A stretch of DNA of 64,000 nucleotides from Octopus vulgaris (Eukaryota), in NCBI GenBank assembly GCA_951406725.2, contig OX597821.1:94364001-94428000 (forward strand), given 5' to 3'. The notes under the pieces were generated by a model. That model was not told the DNA's origin. It ran no database searches and saw only the letters and a program-made list of their open reading frames with translations. A program made the position numbers and the translations under genes. Every line of letters begins with the position of its first letter. The stretch's first letter is position 1. Below are positions 39,471-52,045 of this stretch, one piece after another.

Positions 39471-40781
39471 TTACTCTTTATGTTTGCACATACGTTTAGA
39501 AACACGCTCAATGAGCATCATCATTAAGTTTTGAGGAAAAAGCTATGTAAAAATGTGTACAAACTCAATACATCTACAGTGGGGTCACCTATTATGATAT
39601 ATTGCGTACGGTTTCATTTAGGGACTTTATCAATAATTAAATCTAATCGGAGCAGATGCAGCTACATTACAGACAAAGAATGCTTTTCTGTTTGGCTGCA
39701 CCAGAGGAAATTTTACAGTTTAGTGAAAATTTTAAAATTTGGAGTATTGATGTAATTTTCCATCCTTAATATCAGCGGCTGATTCACTTTTTCCAGATAT
39801 TTTTTGAAGAAAGTTACAGAGGTAATTTTTAACCAATCAGAAAGCAGGATTTGGAAGCTTTCTTTTTGTGCGTGACAGCACGTGTTGTCAACTGTAAGCA
39901 AATGAAATACTGGCGGGATTCTGTTTTACACATGCCATATAACCCCTCAGAACTTTTTTAGTTTAGGGAATTTTCTGAAAATTTTTGCGAATTTTGTATT
40001 CTACACACGGGAATTCATATGATTATGCACCCCGCCACCTTCAAATTTTGGTGCGTGATTTAAGGCCTATTTAGCTATTATTTTTAGCATCTCTCACAAC
40101 CACCCTACACCTCATGTGTGTTAAGCATTTAATAAGCGAAAAATGATTACGTGGGTAAGCAGCTTGGTAGTGGCTTAGCTTATTTCTATGGAAACAGGAA
40201 CCTATATATCTGTGGTTTTCAATTGCCTAAGATTACCCAAAATTTGCAAAATTTAAAAGCTATTTACTATTTATTGATTTATGGCGGAAATGAATTTCAT
40301 GTCAATGATTACCATACAAAACTACATCAACACATGAAATATGAAATCGATTAGAATAAAGATTGAAGAAATTGAAAAGTGCCAACCAAACAGAAAAGAT
40401 CCCAAACAAATAACCAAATAAAAGCTTTATTGTAATAGAACGATGGTTATTGTTGCATTGTTGCTTGTTTAGCTTCAGTGAAGGTACCTGGCCTAGTGGT
40501 TTGAGTGCAAAGCATATGATCTATAAGGTAGTGGGTTCAATTCCTGGGTCGGGTGATATACTGTGTTTCTCAACTAAACACTTCATTTCAGGTTACTCTA
40601 GTTAACACAGCTGTAATGATAGTTTGGGGAAGGAGTTGGGCGATTGTATCAAGATTAGTGTTTTTTTTCTTTTCTTTTCTTCAATGATACTTGTGTAATC
40701 ACTCGGATGGATTAAAAGCGAAACTGATCACAGTTTAGGTTCGAGTAAGTGTATGGATGTAAGGAGGTACATAGCCAGGTG

Positions 40782-41015
40782 TATCGGCGGCGAGCTGGCA
40801 GAAACGTTAGCACGCCGGGCGAAATGTTTAGCGGTATTTCGTCTGCGTTACGTTGTGAGTTCAAATTCCGCCGAGGTCGACTTTGCCTTCATCCTTTCGG
40901 GGTCGATAAATTAAGTACCAGTTACGCACTGGGGTCGATGTAATCGACTTAATACCTATGTCTGTCCTTGTTTGTCCTCTCTGTGTTTAGCCCCTTGTGG
41001 GTAATAAAGAAATAA
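40782..41015 (+). mobile_element. SINE family B with 15-bp TSD
   Basis: TSD gtacatagccaggtg at 40767-40781 and 41016-41030. The central GCCTTCATCCTTTCGGGGTCGATAAATTAAGTACCAG resembles a Meta-type SINE domain (from recall). Confidence 0.93.
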
Positions 41016-42799
41016 GTACATAGCCAGGTGCTGGTGCAGTCCTCCCTAACTTCAGCTGTCACTCAGGGATGATCCAGTAGGTCAGGGGTGAGCAAGCTTA
41101 GTGGATGCCTATGGCTGTTTGTGACTACACGGCCACCTAAAACAATTAGTGAAAGCATGGTACATGCTACTAAATGGCACTGTCTTTCGAGTGTGGCAGC
41201 TGGTTATACTTTCATTTAACTTTAGATGAGCTCTGTTCAGTAGATATACAAACAAAGGCATTCCAACCACGATCAGTTCATCTTTTATTCAGACATCCTC
41301 CGTCTGTGACTACTTTGTCTGTGTCCTTCCTTTTTTACGACGTGAGGGGGATGATTTGAGGAAGCTTTGGCTGCTTTATCTAACAGGTCGAGCGACCACT
41401 TAGAAGGGTTCTCTAACCATTCCAAGAAACAGATACATGAGAGAAACGTTGCTAAGACAAAATGTCCATGATGAGGACTTTCTGAATTTCTGATTCCTTA
41501 TGAAGCCTGAGATGCTAACTTCGCTGCTTAATCTAAGCCAGTTTCATCAAAGATATTCCATTCCATGATTTTTTTTCTGGCATAGTGTGTCTAGGGCTGC
41601 ATCATCCATTGTGTTTTGGAGAATGGGATGAGATTTGAGAGAGATTTGGCTATTTCTCGAAGGTCGAGTGACTGCATACGAAGAGGATCCTTTTGGGGCT
41701 CAGAGACGACCACTGGTTGGAACTGTGAAGTCTGAATTTAGCGAAATCCACCGTTCATTTGAAATAAGAAATACCAATTACTCTTTGCCCTTGAACAGGA
41801 ATCTTAACATTTTTCGATTCTAGAATCTAAAAGAATTGTCCAATATATCCCCATACCCACTGCACCAGACAGTCGAAATCATCATCATCACCAGTCTTAT
41901 TAGATATCAGTATGTTTAAAATATATCAATAGCTTGATTTTATTTTACATATGTATAACCAGAAACAGAACTGGTAAGAAAATCACAAAGTTCAGTCATA
42001 TTCATTCATAGAAAAACGATATTAGAGACAGAGTCTATCTCTGGTTATGAAGCCCTATTCTAGAGTACCAGTTTACAAATTCTTCTCTACTGGGGTGGAA
42101 ACCACAGTTTGGATTACGATCAGATTTCTGGTTACTCATGAAAGTTTAAAAATATATAAAGAATATATGTGTATTTTAAAATATCTGTAGATTGCAATCG
42201 ATAACATTTTAGAATTTTAAGAGCTGCTTTCTTGCACTTGAACTAAAAAGATTTTTTCGTTGAGTCGCTATAAAAGAAAGAAATTTAAATGAAATAATAG
42301 TAATTTAGACTTAAGGGTACACATTTTGAAGGAGAATATATTCCAATATCTTAACGCCAGTAATTGATCAGTATTTATCTTATCGACCCCGAAAAATTAA
42401 AAGACAATGTCAATTTCGGCATAATTCGAACTAGTGTTTTATCCGATGTTCTACCGATTCTATCAGTCTTTACTTGTGTTGATAAATCCTGAAGCCATTT
42501 TTATATTGCGGTCATTTATTTCGGTGGTTTTCTAATATTGATTTCTGTCTTAGGCTCATGGTCAGGCAATTGGGTGGGAGATATAGAAATTTGTATTTTT
42601 TTCCCATCGATCCTGGCAAGATTTGAACTCGTAAGTAGAGGAGTAAAACAAAATAATACATACAATATCATTCACTAGCTGCCTGCGCTCCAGCTGTAAT
42701 AATATTTAGATGTCTTAGGGTAATTAAGGATCTCTTAACAGTTAAGACTGTTTATAGTACATAAACACTCGTAGAAAATAGCAGTATTATAAAATGTCA

Positions 42800-42874
<75 letters not shown>

Positions 42875-42979
42875 TCATAGCATTTTCTCCAACTCTTTTC
42901 TTTATTTTTCCTCTACATTTCTATCACTGCCTTTATTCTCACGCGAAAATATCTATCTATCAATCTATTAATATATATA

Positions 42980-43388
42980 GGCGCAGGAGTGGCTGTGTGG
43001 TAAGTAGCTTGCTAACCAACCACATGGTTCCGGGTTCAGTCCCACTGTGTGGCATCTTGGGCAAGTGTCTTCTGCTATAGCCCCGGGCCGACCAATGCCT
43101 TGTGAGTGGATTTGGTAGACGAAAACTGAAAGAAGCCTGTCGTATATATGTATATATATATATATATGTATGTTTGTGTGTGTTTGTGTGTCTGTGTTTG
43201 TTCCCCTAGCATTGCTTGACAACCGATGCTGGTGTGTTTACGTCCCCGTTACTTAGCGGTTCGGCAAAAGAGACCGATAGAATAAGTACTGGGCTTACAA
43301 AGAATAAGTCCCGGGGTCGATTTGCTCGACTAAAGGCGGTGCTCCAGCATGGCCGCAGTCAAATGACTGAAACAAGTAAAAAAAAAAA

Positions 43389-43390
<2 letters not shown>
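42980..43390 (+). mobile_element. SINE family A, full length
   Basis: Consensus-like. Confidence 0.93.
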
Positions 43391-43420
<30 letters not shown>

Positions 43421-43443
43421 CATATATACATATATATATATAC

Positions 43444-43501
<58 letters not shown>

Positions 43502-43505
<4 letters not shown>

Positions 43506-44937
43506 AAACAAGTCAAAATAGAAAATGCTAAAATAATTTTATAAAGAACATTTCAGTACCGGTTTCGGTCATTTTGAGACCTTTTCAACTGTAACGATTA
43601 AATAATTAAATTTAGAAAAATTAGAAGAAAAGTTTTTTTAAAGGAATATTTGTATAGTGTTCAAGTATAAGTGGCATTCTGCCTTTCTCTGACTCCCTTG
43701 TTTGCACTTGTGTGTTCGAGGTCGTTGTGAATTTTTGGTAGGGTAGAAGAAGAAGAAGGCTGATGAGGAGAGGGGGTGGATAAATTTGGGACTGCCTTGA
43801 TTGTTGTATTTTGAATGGTCAGTGACGGCTAGCAGTTGCAGTTCAATTCAGGAGAATATTTCTATTGAGAGGTTTGTTTATGGAATTTGCGTAGGTGTTT
43901 TACTAAAAAGCATTAGTGATAAAGTTAAGAGGTAGAAGGTGGAGCAGAAGAAGAAGAAGAAGAAGAAGAAGAAGAAGAAGAAGATGACGATGTTGATGAT
44001 GATGATGATGATGAAGAAGAAGAAGGAGAAGGAGGAGAAGAAGAAGATGATGATGATGGTGGTGGTGGTGGTGGTGGTGGTGGTGATGATGATGACGACG
44101 ATGATGATGATAATGATGATGATGAAGAAGAAGAGGAAGAAGAAGAAAACAGAGAAGGGAGAATATGAATGGGTGAAAGTAGTGAGGTATTGTATGACTT
44201 GAAGTTGGCATGTTATGGATTATAGCTGTGATTGGGGCTGATTAGTAATGGATTCTTTGGAATGTAATATTTGTGTGTGTATTTCTTTTATTCTAAAGTT
44301 GAGGTATATTAATCGTTTGTCGTAGACCCGTTAAGAAGTGGCCTGTATTTCTTTACTTATTCGTTGTCTCGAGGTTGTATCGTCCCTAAATTGGTAGAGG
44401 GGGAAAATCCTGAAGCCTGGTGTTTTGTTGTTGGCGCAAGTATCTATGTGTTGGCTGAAAGCTATTTTTCTGTTTTGGGGAATTTTTATCTGGGATCTGT
44501 GCAGGGCCATTCTTTTACGCAAACTATTTTTTGTTTGGCCTATGTACTGCTCTTGACACCCGGGACAGGTTAGTGAGTATATTAGGTTCTCCGAAGCACA
44601 TGTGAAGTTGCTTTTCACTGTAAACCGTTGTCCCTGTTTGAAGGAGAACTCTGATCCCTCAATTAGATAGTCGCATATCCCGCAATTGGGTCTTCCACAT
44701 TTTTTTACTGTCGGCTTCTGTGTTGAAGAGTGAATTCGGGCTTGTGTTAGGAGACTTTTCATGGATTTAGGCTGTCTCTTGCTTTTTATGATCGTGTGTG
44801 TTTGGAGGATTGTGTTCATTCTGTGGTCTTTTTTTAGGAGGGGTATGTTGTGGAGGATGGTGCCGAAGGCTTCGTTATTGAGAGGGTTGTGTGTGGAGAT
44901 GTATGGTAAGGCTTTTGGTCGTAAGTTTTTTGGTCGT

Positions 44938-44938
<1 letters not shown>
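43502..44938 (-). mobile_element. 5'-truncated Penelope-like element (GIY-YIG domain and 3' region) bounded by (TA)n on both sides
   Basis: ORF with KCGRPNCGIC...CASENLIYSLTCPGCQEQYIGQTKNSLRKRMALH, homologous to 24333-24812. Hammerhead motif near the 3' end. Confidence 0.88.
43554..43591 (-). ncRNA. Hammerhead ribozyme, U3:A8 core variant, in Penelope 3' terminal repeat
   Basis: Minus strand reads cag-TTGAAAA-GGTC-tcaaaat-GACC-GAAAC-CG-GTA-ctg. Stems I and II pair and ACCGGT is palindromic. Confidence 0.7.
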
Positions 44939-44984
<46 letters not shown>

Positions 44985-44985
44985 G

Positions 44986-45141
44986 AGGCGAGGCTGTGTG
45001 GTAGGAAGCTCGCTTCCCAGCCGTATGGTTCCCCGTTCAATCCCACTGCGTGGCACTTGGGCAAGTGTTTTCTACTGTAACCGCGGGCCGACCAAAGCTT
45101 TGTGAGTGGACTTGGTATACGGAAACTGAAAGAAGCCCGTC

Positions 45142-45195
<54 letters not shown>

Positions 45196-45592
45196 TTTTG
45201 TTTCTTTTCTGTGTATCTTTCTGCTGAAGAGCGTAGGCTCGAAACGTAAAAGACTTGTTTTATTTATATTCCTGAGCGCCATACTAATACAATTGTTTGT
45301 TTGTATTCCACCTGCCTTCGTCTTTTGTTTATTTTCATAAAGCTTCCCGTTATATATACACATATATGTATGTATTTGTGTGTGTGTGTATGTGTTTGTC
45401 CTCTCCACGATTGCTTGAAAACCGATGTTAATGTGTTTACACCTCCGTAACTTAGCGGTTCAGGAAAAGTGGCCGATAGAATAAGTACTAGGCTTAAAAA
45501 GAATAAGTCATGGGGGCGATTTGATTGACTAAAGGTGGTGCTCCCGCATGGCCGCAGTCAAATGACTGAAACAAGTAAAAGAATAGAAGAAA
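44986..45592 (+). mobile_element. SINE family A with a hammerhead-bearing cassette (45188-45350) inside its internal (TA)n
   Basis: The SINE halves flank the cassette. The motif at 45216-45253 is tcttt-CTGCTGA-A-GAGC-GTAG-GCTC-GAAAC-GTA-aaaga. Confidence 0.85.
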
Positions 45593-45600
45593 GAATGTAT

Positions 45601-45677
<77 letters not shown>

Positions 45678-46305
45678 TGTGTGTGTGTGTAAAGGCGCGT
45701 GCCCGACTGTTTAGGGTGTTGCATTCACGGGCGGGAATGGGTCGAGACTACAGAGTGATGCGGAAAGTTGTACTATGTTTGAAGAAGAAAAAAGAAAACG
45801 TGATGGACTTGACTTGAACGTTCCTCTGTTTAATCAAGACCGATCGGGTGCTAAGAAACCAACAACAGCAACAGGTTTTGGAAAGTCGATATAATTTGTT
45901 TGGGTTGCGAGGAATGTGAGTGTGTAAAAAGCGACGTTGACCGCAGCGGCATTTACTCGGAAGATGTAGCGTTACTAAGTGCAGTGAGATATTTTCTACG
46001 ATGTTTCGCGTGCGCTTCCATCTGTTGTCTCTACTCAGGGTTATTCCTTCTTTCAGCTTTCATTGGCTCTTCTTCTTCTTCTTCTTCTTCTTCTTCTTCT
46101 TCTTCTTCTTCTTCTTCTTCTTCATCTTCTGTCATCTCTTCCGTCTGCTAGCCTTTCCATCTCCATATTCTTCCATTCACCACCTCTCTCACTCACTAGT
46201 TTTGGTTTTCTGTCTGCTGGCTCTGTTATCTCTTCCTTTCATCTACCTCATCATAATAATTATTTCTACTCTGGCCACAAGGCCTCATACCACATAATAA
46301 TAATG

Positions 46306-46363
<58 letters not shown>

Positions 46364-46920
46364 GGAGAAAATGTAACCGTTCTGTGGGACTTTCCAGTAC
46401 ATACAGACCGAACCATCAAGGCCAATAAACCAGATATTCTTGTGAAAGACCAAAACAATAAAGTTTGCTTATTGATCGACATGAGCATCCCCTGTGATTA
46501 TAATATCTCAGCGAAAGAGTTTGACAAGCTCAGAAAATATAAAGACCTACTCATTGAAATTGAGAAAATGTGGCATCTCAAGGCGGTTACAATACCAGTG
46601 ATCGTGGGAGCACTAGGAATGATCAAGAAGGGAACCGAAAATTATATGAGAATGATCCCTGGCTTACCATCCCTGCAAGAAGTGCAAAAGATTGTCTTAA
46701 CTGGTACATCACACGTATTGAGAAGAGCATTGTCGATGTGAGAACTGTTGCTGCTCATGTATTTTAATTTAACTTTAAAAAAATATTAAAAAAAAAATGA
46801 ACGAACTACTGAGTTTGGTTTAATGGCCTACCAATGTATACTATGAGTTTCTTTGCCCTAGGAGTCGGGAAGACACTCGGCAAGAAATGGAAGCAAATTT
46901 GAAAGAAGAAAAAAAAAAGC
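46364..46920 (+). mobile_element. 5'-truncated R4/Dong-clade LINE (restriction-like endonuclease) inserted in (TAA)n
   Basis: Uninterrupted frame 46364-46741: VLWDFPVHTDRTIKANKPDILVKD...LLIDMSIP...KLRKYKDL...IPVIVGALG (PD..D motif). (TAA)n on both sides. Confidence 0.9.
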
Positions 46921-46963
<43 letters not shown>

Positions 46964-46984
46964 GTAATAATAATAATAATAATC

Positions 46985-47330
46985 CTTTCTATTATAGAAC
47001 ACAATGCCCAAAATTCGTTAGGGGAGTAAGTCTATTACAGTAACCCCATGTACTTACTTATCTCATCGATCCCGAAAGGATGAAAAGTAAAGTCGACCGC
47101 GACGGAATTTGAACCCAGAACGTAAAGACAGGCTAAATGTCGATGAACAATTTGTCCGGCATGCTAACGACTCTGACAGCTTGGGACTTTTTCAGTATAA
47201 CACAAGACCTGAAATTTGGTGGTGGTGATGGTGGTGAAGACTAATCGTTTCCATCGATCCTAGTGTTTCACCGGTAATTAATTTACCGACCCTGAAAGGA
47301 TGATAGGCAAAGTCGACATCGGCGGAATAA
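46985..47330 (-). mobile_element. Two diverged SINE family B copies
   Basis: Repeated gaaaggatga...aagtcgac...ggaat cores. Confidence 0.7.
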
Positions 47331-48100
47331 TAATAGTAACAAGAATTACTTGAAACGTAGGGCGAAGTACCACGATAGTTTTGGGAAAGAGTTGGGCGAT
47401 TGTATCAAGATTAGTGTTTTTTTTTCTTTTCTTTTCTTCAATGATACTTGTGTAATCACTCGGATGGATTAAAAGCGAAACTGATCACGGTTTAAGTTCG
47501 AGTAAGTGTATGGATGGAAGGAAGTACATAGTTAATTATAGCACAGTGTAGTTCGTCTAGGTGTTTATTGTTTCTGTCAATCTGTTACAGGTTTTGTCTT
47601 AGTGTAAAAGATGGGCTACAGCAAATATTCTGCTCTTTACCACAGATTTGCTTGTCAGTTGCTTGACCTTAACCAGTTGAGCATGTCCCTTAGTGGCTGC
47701 CGATATGAGCATCTCTGATCATGAGCAGAGTGGGGTGGGGGGAGCATCATAGCCATGTGTTGAGAGGAATTCTTTGGGGTCGGACAAATTCATCTCTAGA
47801 AACATGGGTGTTTCATTTATTATTCTTACACAATCCTTATACAGAGACTTTTTGGGTGGGATGGGCTACTCGACTAGAAGAAAATTCTTAGAGGCCCCCA
47901 CCTGCAAGGTCATGCGCTGTTTATCTTGATATGAGATCCCCATGTCGCGTACATATGGTTGTGATCCATTTGCCTGGTATACCCTTATCCGAAGGGGTAG
48001 TCATGATGGGTATATTGGGCTTCGTATACTTGTACCCCAGTGTCACTTTGATGGCATCTGCTGCTCTCTCACGCGATAATACTAATACTAATACTAATAC

Positions 48101-48134
<34 letters not shown>

Positions 48135-48135
<1 letters not shown>

Positions 48136-48335
48136 GTTCCAATTTTGCCACAAGGGCAGCCATTTTGAGGGAGGGGATAAGTCGATTACAGTGTTTTACA
48201 GATACTTAATTTATCGACCCCGAAAGGATGACAGGCAAAGTTGACCTCGGTGGAATCTGAACACAGAACGTAGCGGCAATCGAAATACTGCTAAGCATTT
48301 CGCTCGGCTTGCTAACAATTCTGCCAGCTCACCAC
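48135..48335 (-). mobile_element. SINE family B between (TAA)n tracts
   Basis: atcgaccccgaaaggatgacaggcaaagttgacctcggtggaat...ctgccagctc. Confidence 0.8.
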
Positions 48336-48354
48336 CACCACCACCACCACCACA

Positions 48355-48436
<82 letters not shown>

Positions 48437-48987
48437 GTAATCTTGAAAAAGAGAAGTTCAAACACTCTGATTTATAATCTCTGGTTTTTCAACTGTATTA
48501 AATCAATGTATAAATGGTCTTCATGTAAAAAAAAAAATTAAGAAAGAACGAAAAAAAATAATCAACAGACAGAAAAAAATAAATATTCAACAGAAATATT
48601 TTGCAAGCCGTTACGCACTTTCCTTAACCAGATCTTATGCAAAATTGTGACATTGATATGAGTGCAAGCTATTCCTACCCCATTTCCAAATCTAATGTTT
48701 AATGTTGTCTTTAATTTGCACCGATATATGCAAATTATATCCAACCTGGTATTTAGAGACCAGAGCATGCAATTTTGGTGGTTGTAATTTGTAAGACATT
48801 TTGGAAATGCTAAATTTAATTGGTAGAAAAGAAAAGAAGTGTTAAGAGAATTTATAAGCGAGTTTCTGCACGAAAAGAGAGCGTTCTGTTTGGTTGGAGG
48901 AATATAAAAATAAGCAGGTTTTATTTTGAATACCACATATATGTGTATGTATGTAGGAATAAATGTATACACAGATGTATGTACATA

Positions 48988-49071
<84 letters not shown>

Positions 49072-50021
49072 GTATATGTATATATATATACGTATATATG
49101 TGTATATATATATACTTATATACCTATGCAAATACGTATATGTGTACGTTTATAGATATATCATAGCTACATATGTGTATATACTTGCATATATATGTAT
49201 ATATTTACACATACAAACAAATGAGCATATAAAAGTACATATTTATTTACATCTACATATATACATTTCTATATACGTACATACATATGAATGTATGTAC
49301 GTATTTATGTATTTGTATGTATATATATATATATATATGCATACATTTATGCATATATGTGTATATGTATATATATGTATATATATATACTGTGTATATG
49401 TATATTATATATATATATATATACTGTGCATATGTATATTATATATATATATACGTGTACAGATGTATGTTTCATACACACACACGCTCACACACACATA
49501 TACACACAGACACACACACACACATATATATATACTTGCACGCACAAACATATGCCCAATAGAAATCTCAACTACGAAATATAGTAAGATAAAAATAAAT
49601 CTCTTAGCCGATATTATCTCTATAATTACTGAGCAAAAACCTAATCTATTTGTGTTAGAAATTTCAAATCAACAAGCAATCGCCCAGTCGAAAATTGCAG
49701 TAAATTAATATGATGCAGACGAGAGTATATCTTGATGTTGAAGTGAGCTGGTGAAAGCAACTTACATGTTTCTGTGTTTTTATACCTCCTCAGTTAAGCA
49801 TATTAGTATAAGTTGGTGAAATTCAGAAATGATTGATATATGTGCATAGAAACAGTTGTAATGTGGTAACGCGCACACACACTTGTATAAACCTGGGAAA
49901 GTACAGGACATGTTATTACGCTTGCAAAGTGAAAGTAACGTGTTAAACGATGCTGATCTAGGATACAAATTGTGCTGGAGCAGAATTAATCGTCCTTTGC
50001 ATATGGATAAACTCAAGATGT

Positions 50022-50410
50022 GTGGTGGAAGCACTCCGTGGGTTACGATGACGAGGGTTCCGGTTGATCCGAGTCAACGGAACAGCCTGCTCGTGAAATT
50101 AACGTGGAAGTGGCTGAGCACTCCACAGACACGTGTACCCTTAATGTAGTTCTCGGGGATATTCAGCGTGACACAGAGAGTGACAAGGCCGGCCCTTTGA
50201 AATACAGGTACAACAGAAACAGGAAGTAAGAGTGAGAGAAAGTTGTGGTGAAAGAGTACAGCAGGGATCACCACCATCCCCTGCCAGAGCCGCGTGGAGC
50301 TTTAGGTGTTTTCGCTCAATAAACACTCACAACGCCCGGTCTGGGAATCGAAACCGCGATCCTATGACCGCGAGTCCGCTGCCCTAACCACTGGGCCATT
50401 GCGCCTCCAC
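50022..50410 (-). mobile_element. SINE family C' with 11-bp TSD
   Basis: TSD actcaagatgt at 50011-50021 and 50411-50421. Near-identical to 57951-58337. Confidence 0.92.
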
Positions 50411-50751
50411 ACTCAAGATGTATGCTGTAGATAATAAGCAACTAGAAACTCTACGACAGAGTGCCTGGATTTACTAGTGGAATTAATAGGAAATTTAACC
50501 CAGAGATATGAATAAGCACCAGCAAAGTCATGTAAGATAAACAGAGGTAAGACAAAATTATAAAGCACAGACTTAAAATGCTTTGGAAGCAACGAACTAG
50601 ACATAGTTCAACACATATAAATGAAAGATCATTTTAGGAAGGAATATTATAGATGAACTACATTAATACTTAAAATAGATAAATGCAAAATCTTAGACAA
50701 GAAATTGCAATACTCTAGCTGTTCCATTTATAAGCCATTATATGCTCAACT

Positions 50752-51046
50752 GTGGAGGCAGATGGCCTAGACGTTAGAGCAGCGGACTCGCGGTCGCGGG
50801 GTCGCGGGTTCGAATCTCAGACCGGGCAATGTGTGTATTTATGAGCGAATCTCCTAAGCTCCGGCAGAAGGTAATGGCGAACTTCTGCTGACTCTTTCGC
50901 CACAACTTTCGCTCACTCTTTCCTCTTGCATCTTGCAGCTCACCTGCGACGGACCGGTGTCCCGTCCAGGTGGGGAACCTATACGCCTAGGAAACCAGGA
51001 AACCGGCCCTATGAGCCAGGCGTGGCTCGAGAAGGAACAAACGACA
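50752..51046 (+). mobile_element. SINE family C variant with 12-bp TSD
   Basis: TSD atatgctcaact at 50740-50751 and 51047-51058. Contains GGTTCGAATC B box and CCTGCGACGGACCGGTGTCCCGTCCAGG core. Confidence 0.88.
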
Positions 51047-51220
51047 ATATGCTCAACTAGATACTAATTTAATTAACAAAATTAAGCAGAAAAACAAGAA
51101 CCATTGATTAGTCTTAGTTAAAACGGAGACTAATAAACAAAATTACATAATTTACAGGGTTAAAGTCTTCGTATAATAACACCATCATATAGTGCGCACA
51201 GCAAAATATTTCTCACACAA

Positions 51221-51251
<31 letters not shown>

Positions 51252-51448
51252 GCGCACACACAATGCACAAAAGGGCTCAGAGAACGAAAATTGAACACAC
51301 AGTAGGACATACTGATACGTTCAAACAAAAAGGTAATTTCACGTATATATGCGTAGTGTCATATATAGCTGCTCTATGAATGCAAATTTTTTATGTGTGT
51401 AACTATTCCGGTTTTGCCAATATCCTTTAAGATTCACAAAGCAACTAT

Positions 51449-52045
51449 TCTGAGAACCCCCTTCGGTTACGACACAGACCATGGGATTGTACCTAGAAAG
51501 TTAGGTAAAATTACAGATTAACACCCGCACGATTTTTAGTAAGAAAAAAAAATCGGATTCTTTGCGTGGAATCAAGTACCCTGACCTAATATGCTGGAAA
51601 TCCCATATTTTGGTTCGGAATTGGTCCGGAGGGGGGTTACAAAAATATGGGATTTCCAGCATATTAGGAGGTCAGGATACTTGAATCCATGCAAAAAATC
51701 CGATTTTTTTTTTCTTACTGAAAATCGTGCTGGTGTTAATCTGTAATTTTACCGAAAGTTATCCTTCCAGGTACAAGTCCGGGTTAGGTTGTTTATGGAA
51801 AACCAGCAGTCGCCCATGCATACCGGTTTCCCCTCTCCACGCCACCAGTGTTATCCAAGGAAAAGGCAAAGGGGCCGATACAGCTTGGCACCTGTGACGT
51901 CGCAACTCATATTTACAGCTGAGTGAACTGGAGCAACGTGAAATAAAGTGTCTTGCTCAAGAACACAACACGCAGCCCGGTCCGGGATTCGAACTCACAA
52001 CCTCACGATCGTAAGCTCGATGCTCTAACCACTGAACCATGCGCC
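51449..52045 (-). mobile_element. SINE family D with TSD, interrupted by a foldback MITE
   Basis: ttcacaaagcaactat at 51433-51448 and 52046-52061. Confidence 0.9.
51504..51753. mobile_element. 250-bp foldback MITE with 8-bp TSD (Merlin-like termini)
   Basis: GGTAAAATTACAGATTAACAC...GTGTTAATCTGTAATTTTACC with inverted arms of about 110 bp. TSD gaaagtta at 51496-51503 and 51754-51761. Confidence 0.9.

Noticed and set aside
43903-44211. Poly-His/Leu/Lys/Met ORFs, similarly at 45900-46488 and 63401-63722
   Set aside because: They come from trinucleotide low-complexity tracts.
47590-48075. GC-richer block ending in a TAA-type repeat
   Set aside because: It is probably a retroelement 3' UTR, but there is no second copy, TSD or coding motif in the window to support a call.
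50340-50410. tRNA-like sequences with A/B boxes
   Set aside because: They are SINE heads continuous with SINE bodies and TSDs, with no complete acceptor stem evident.
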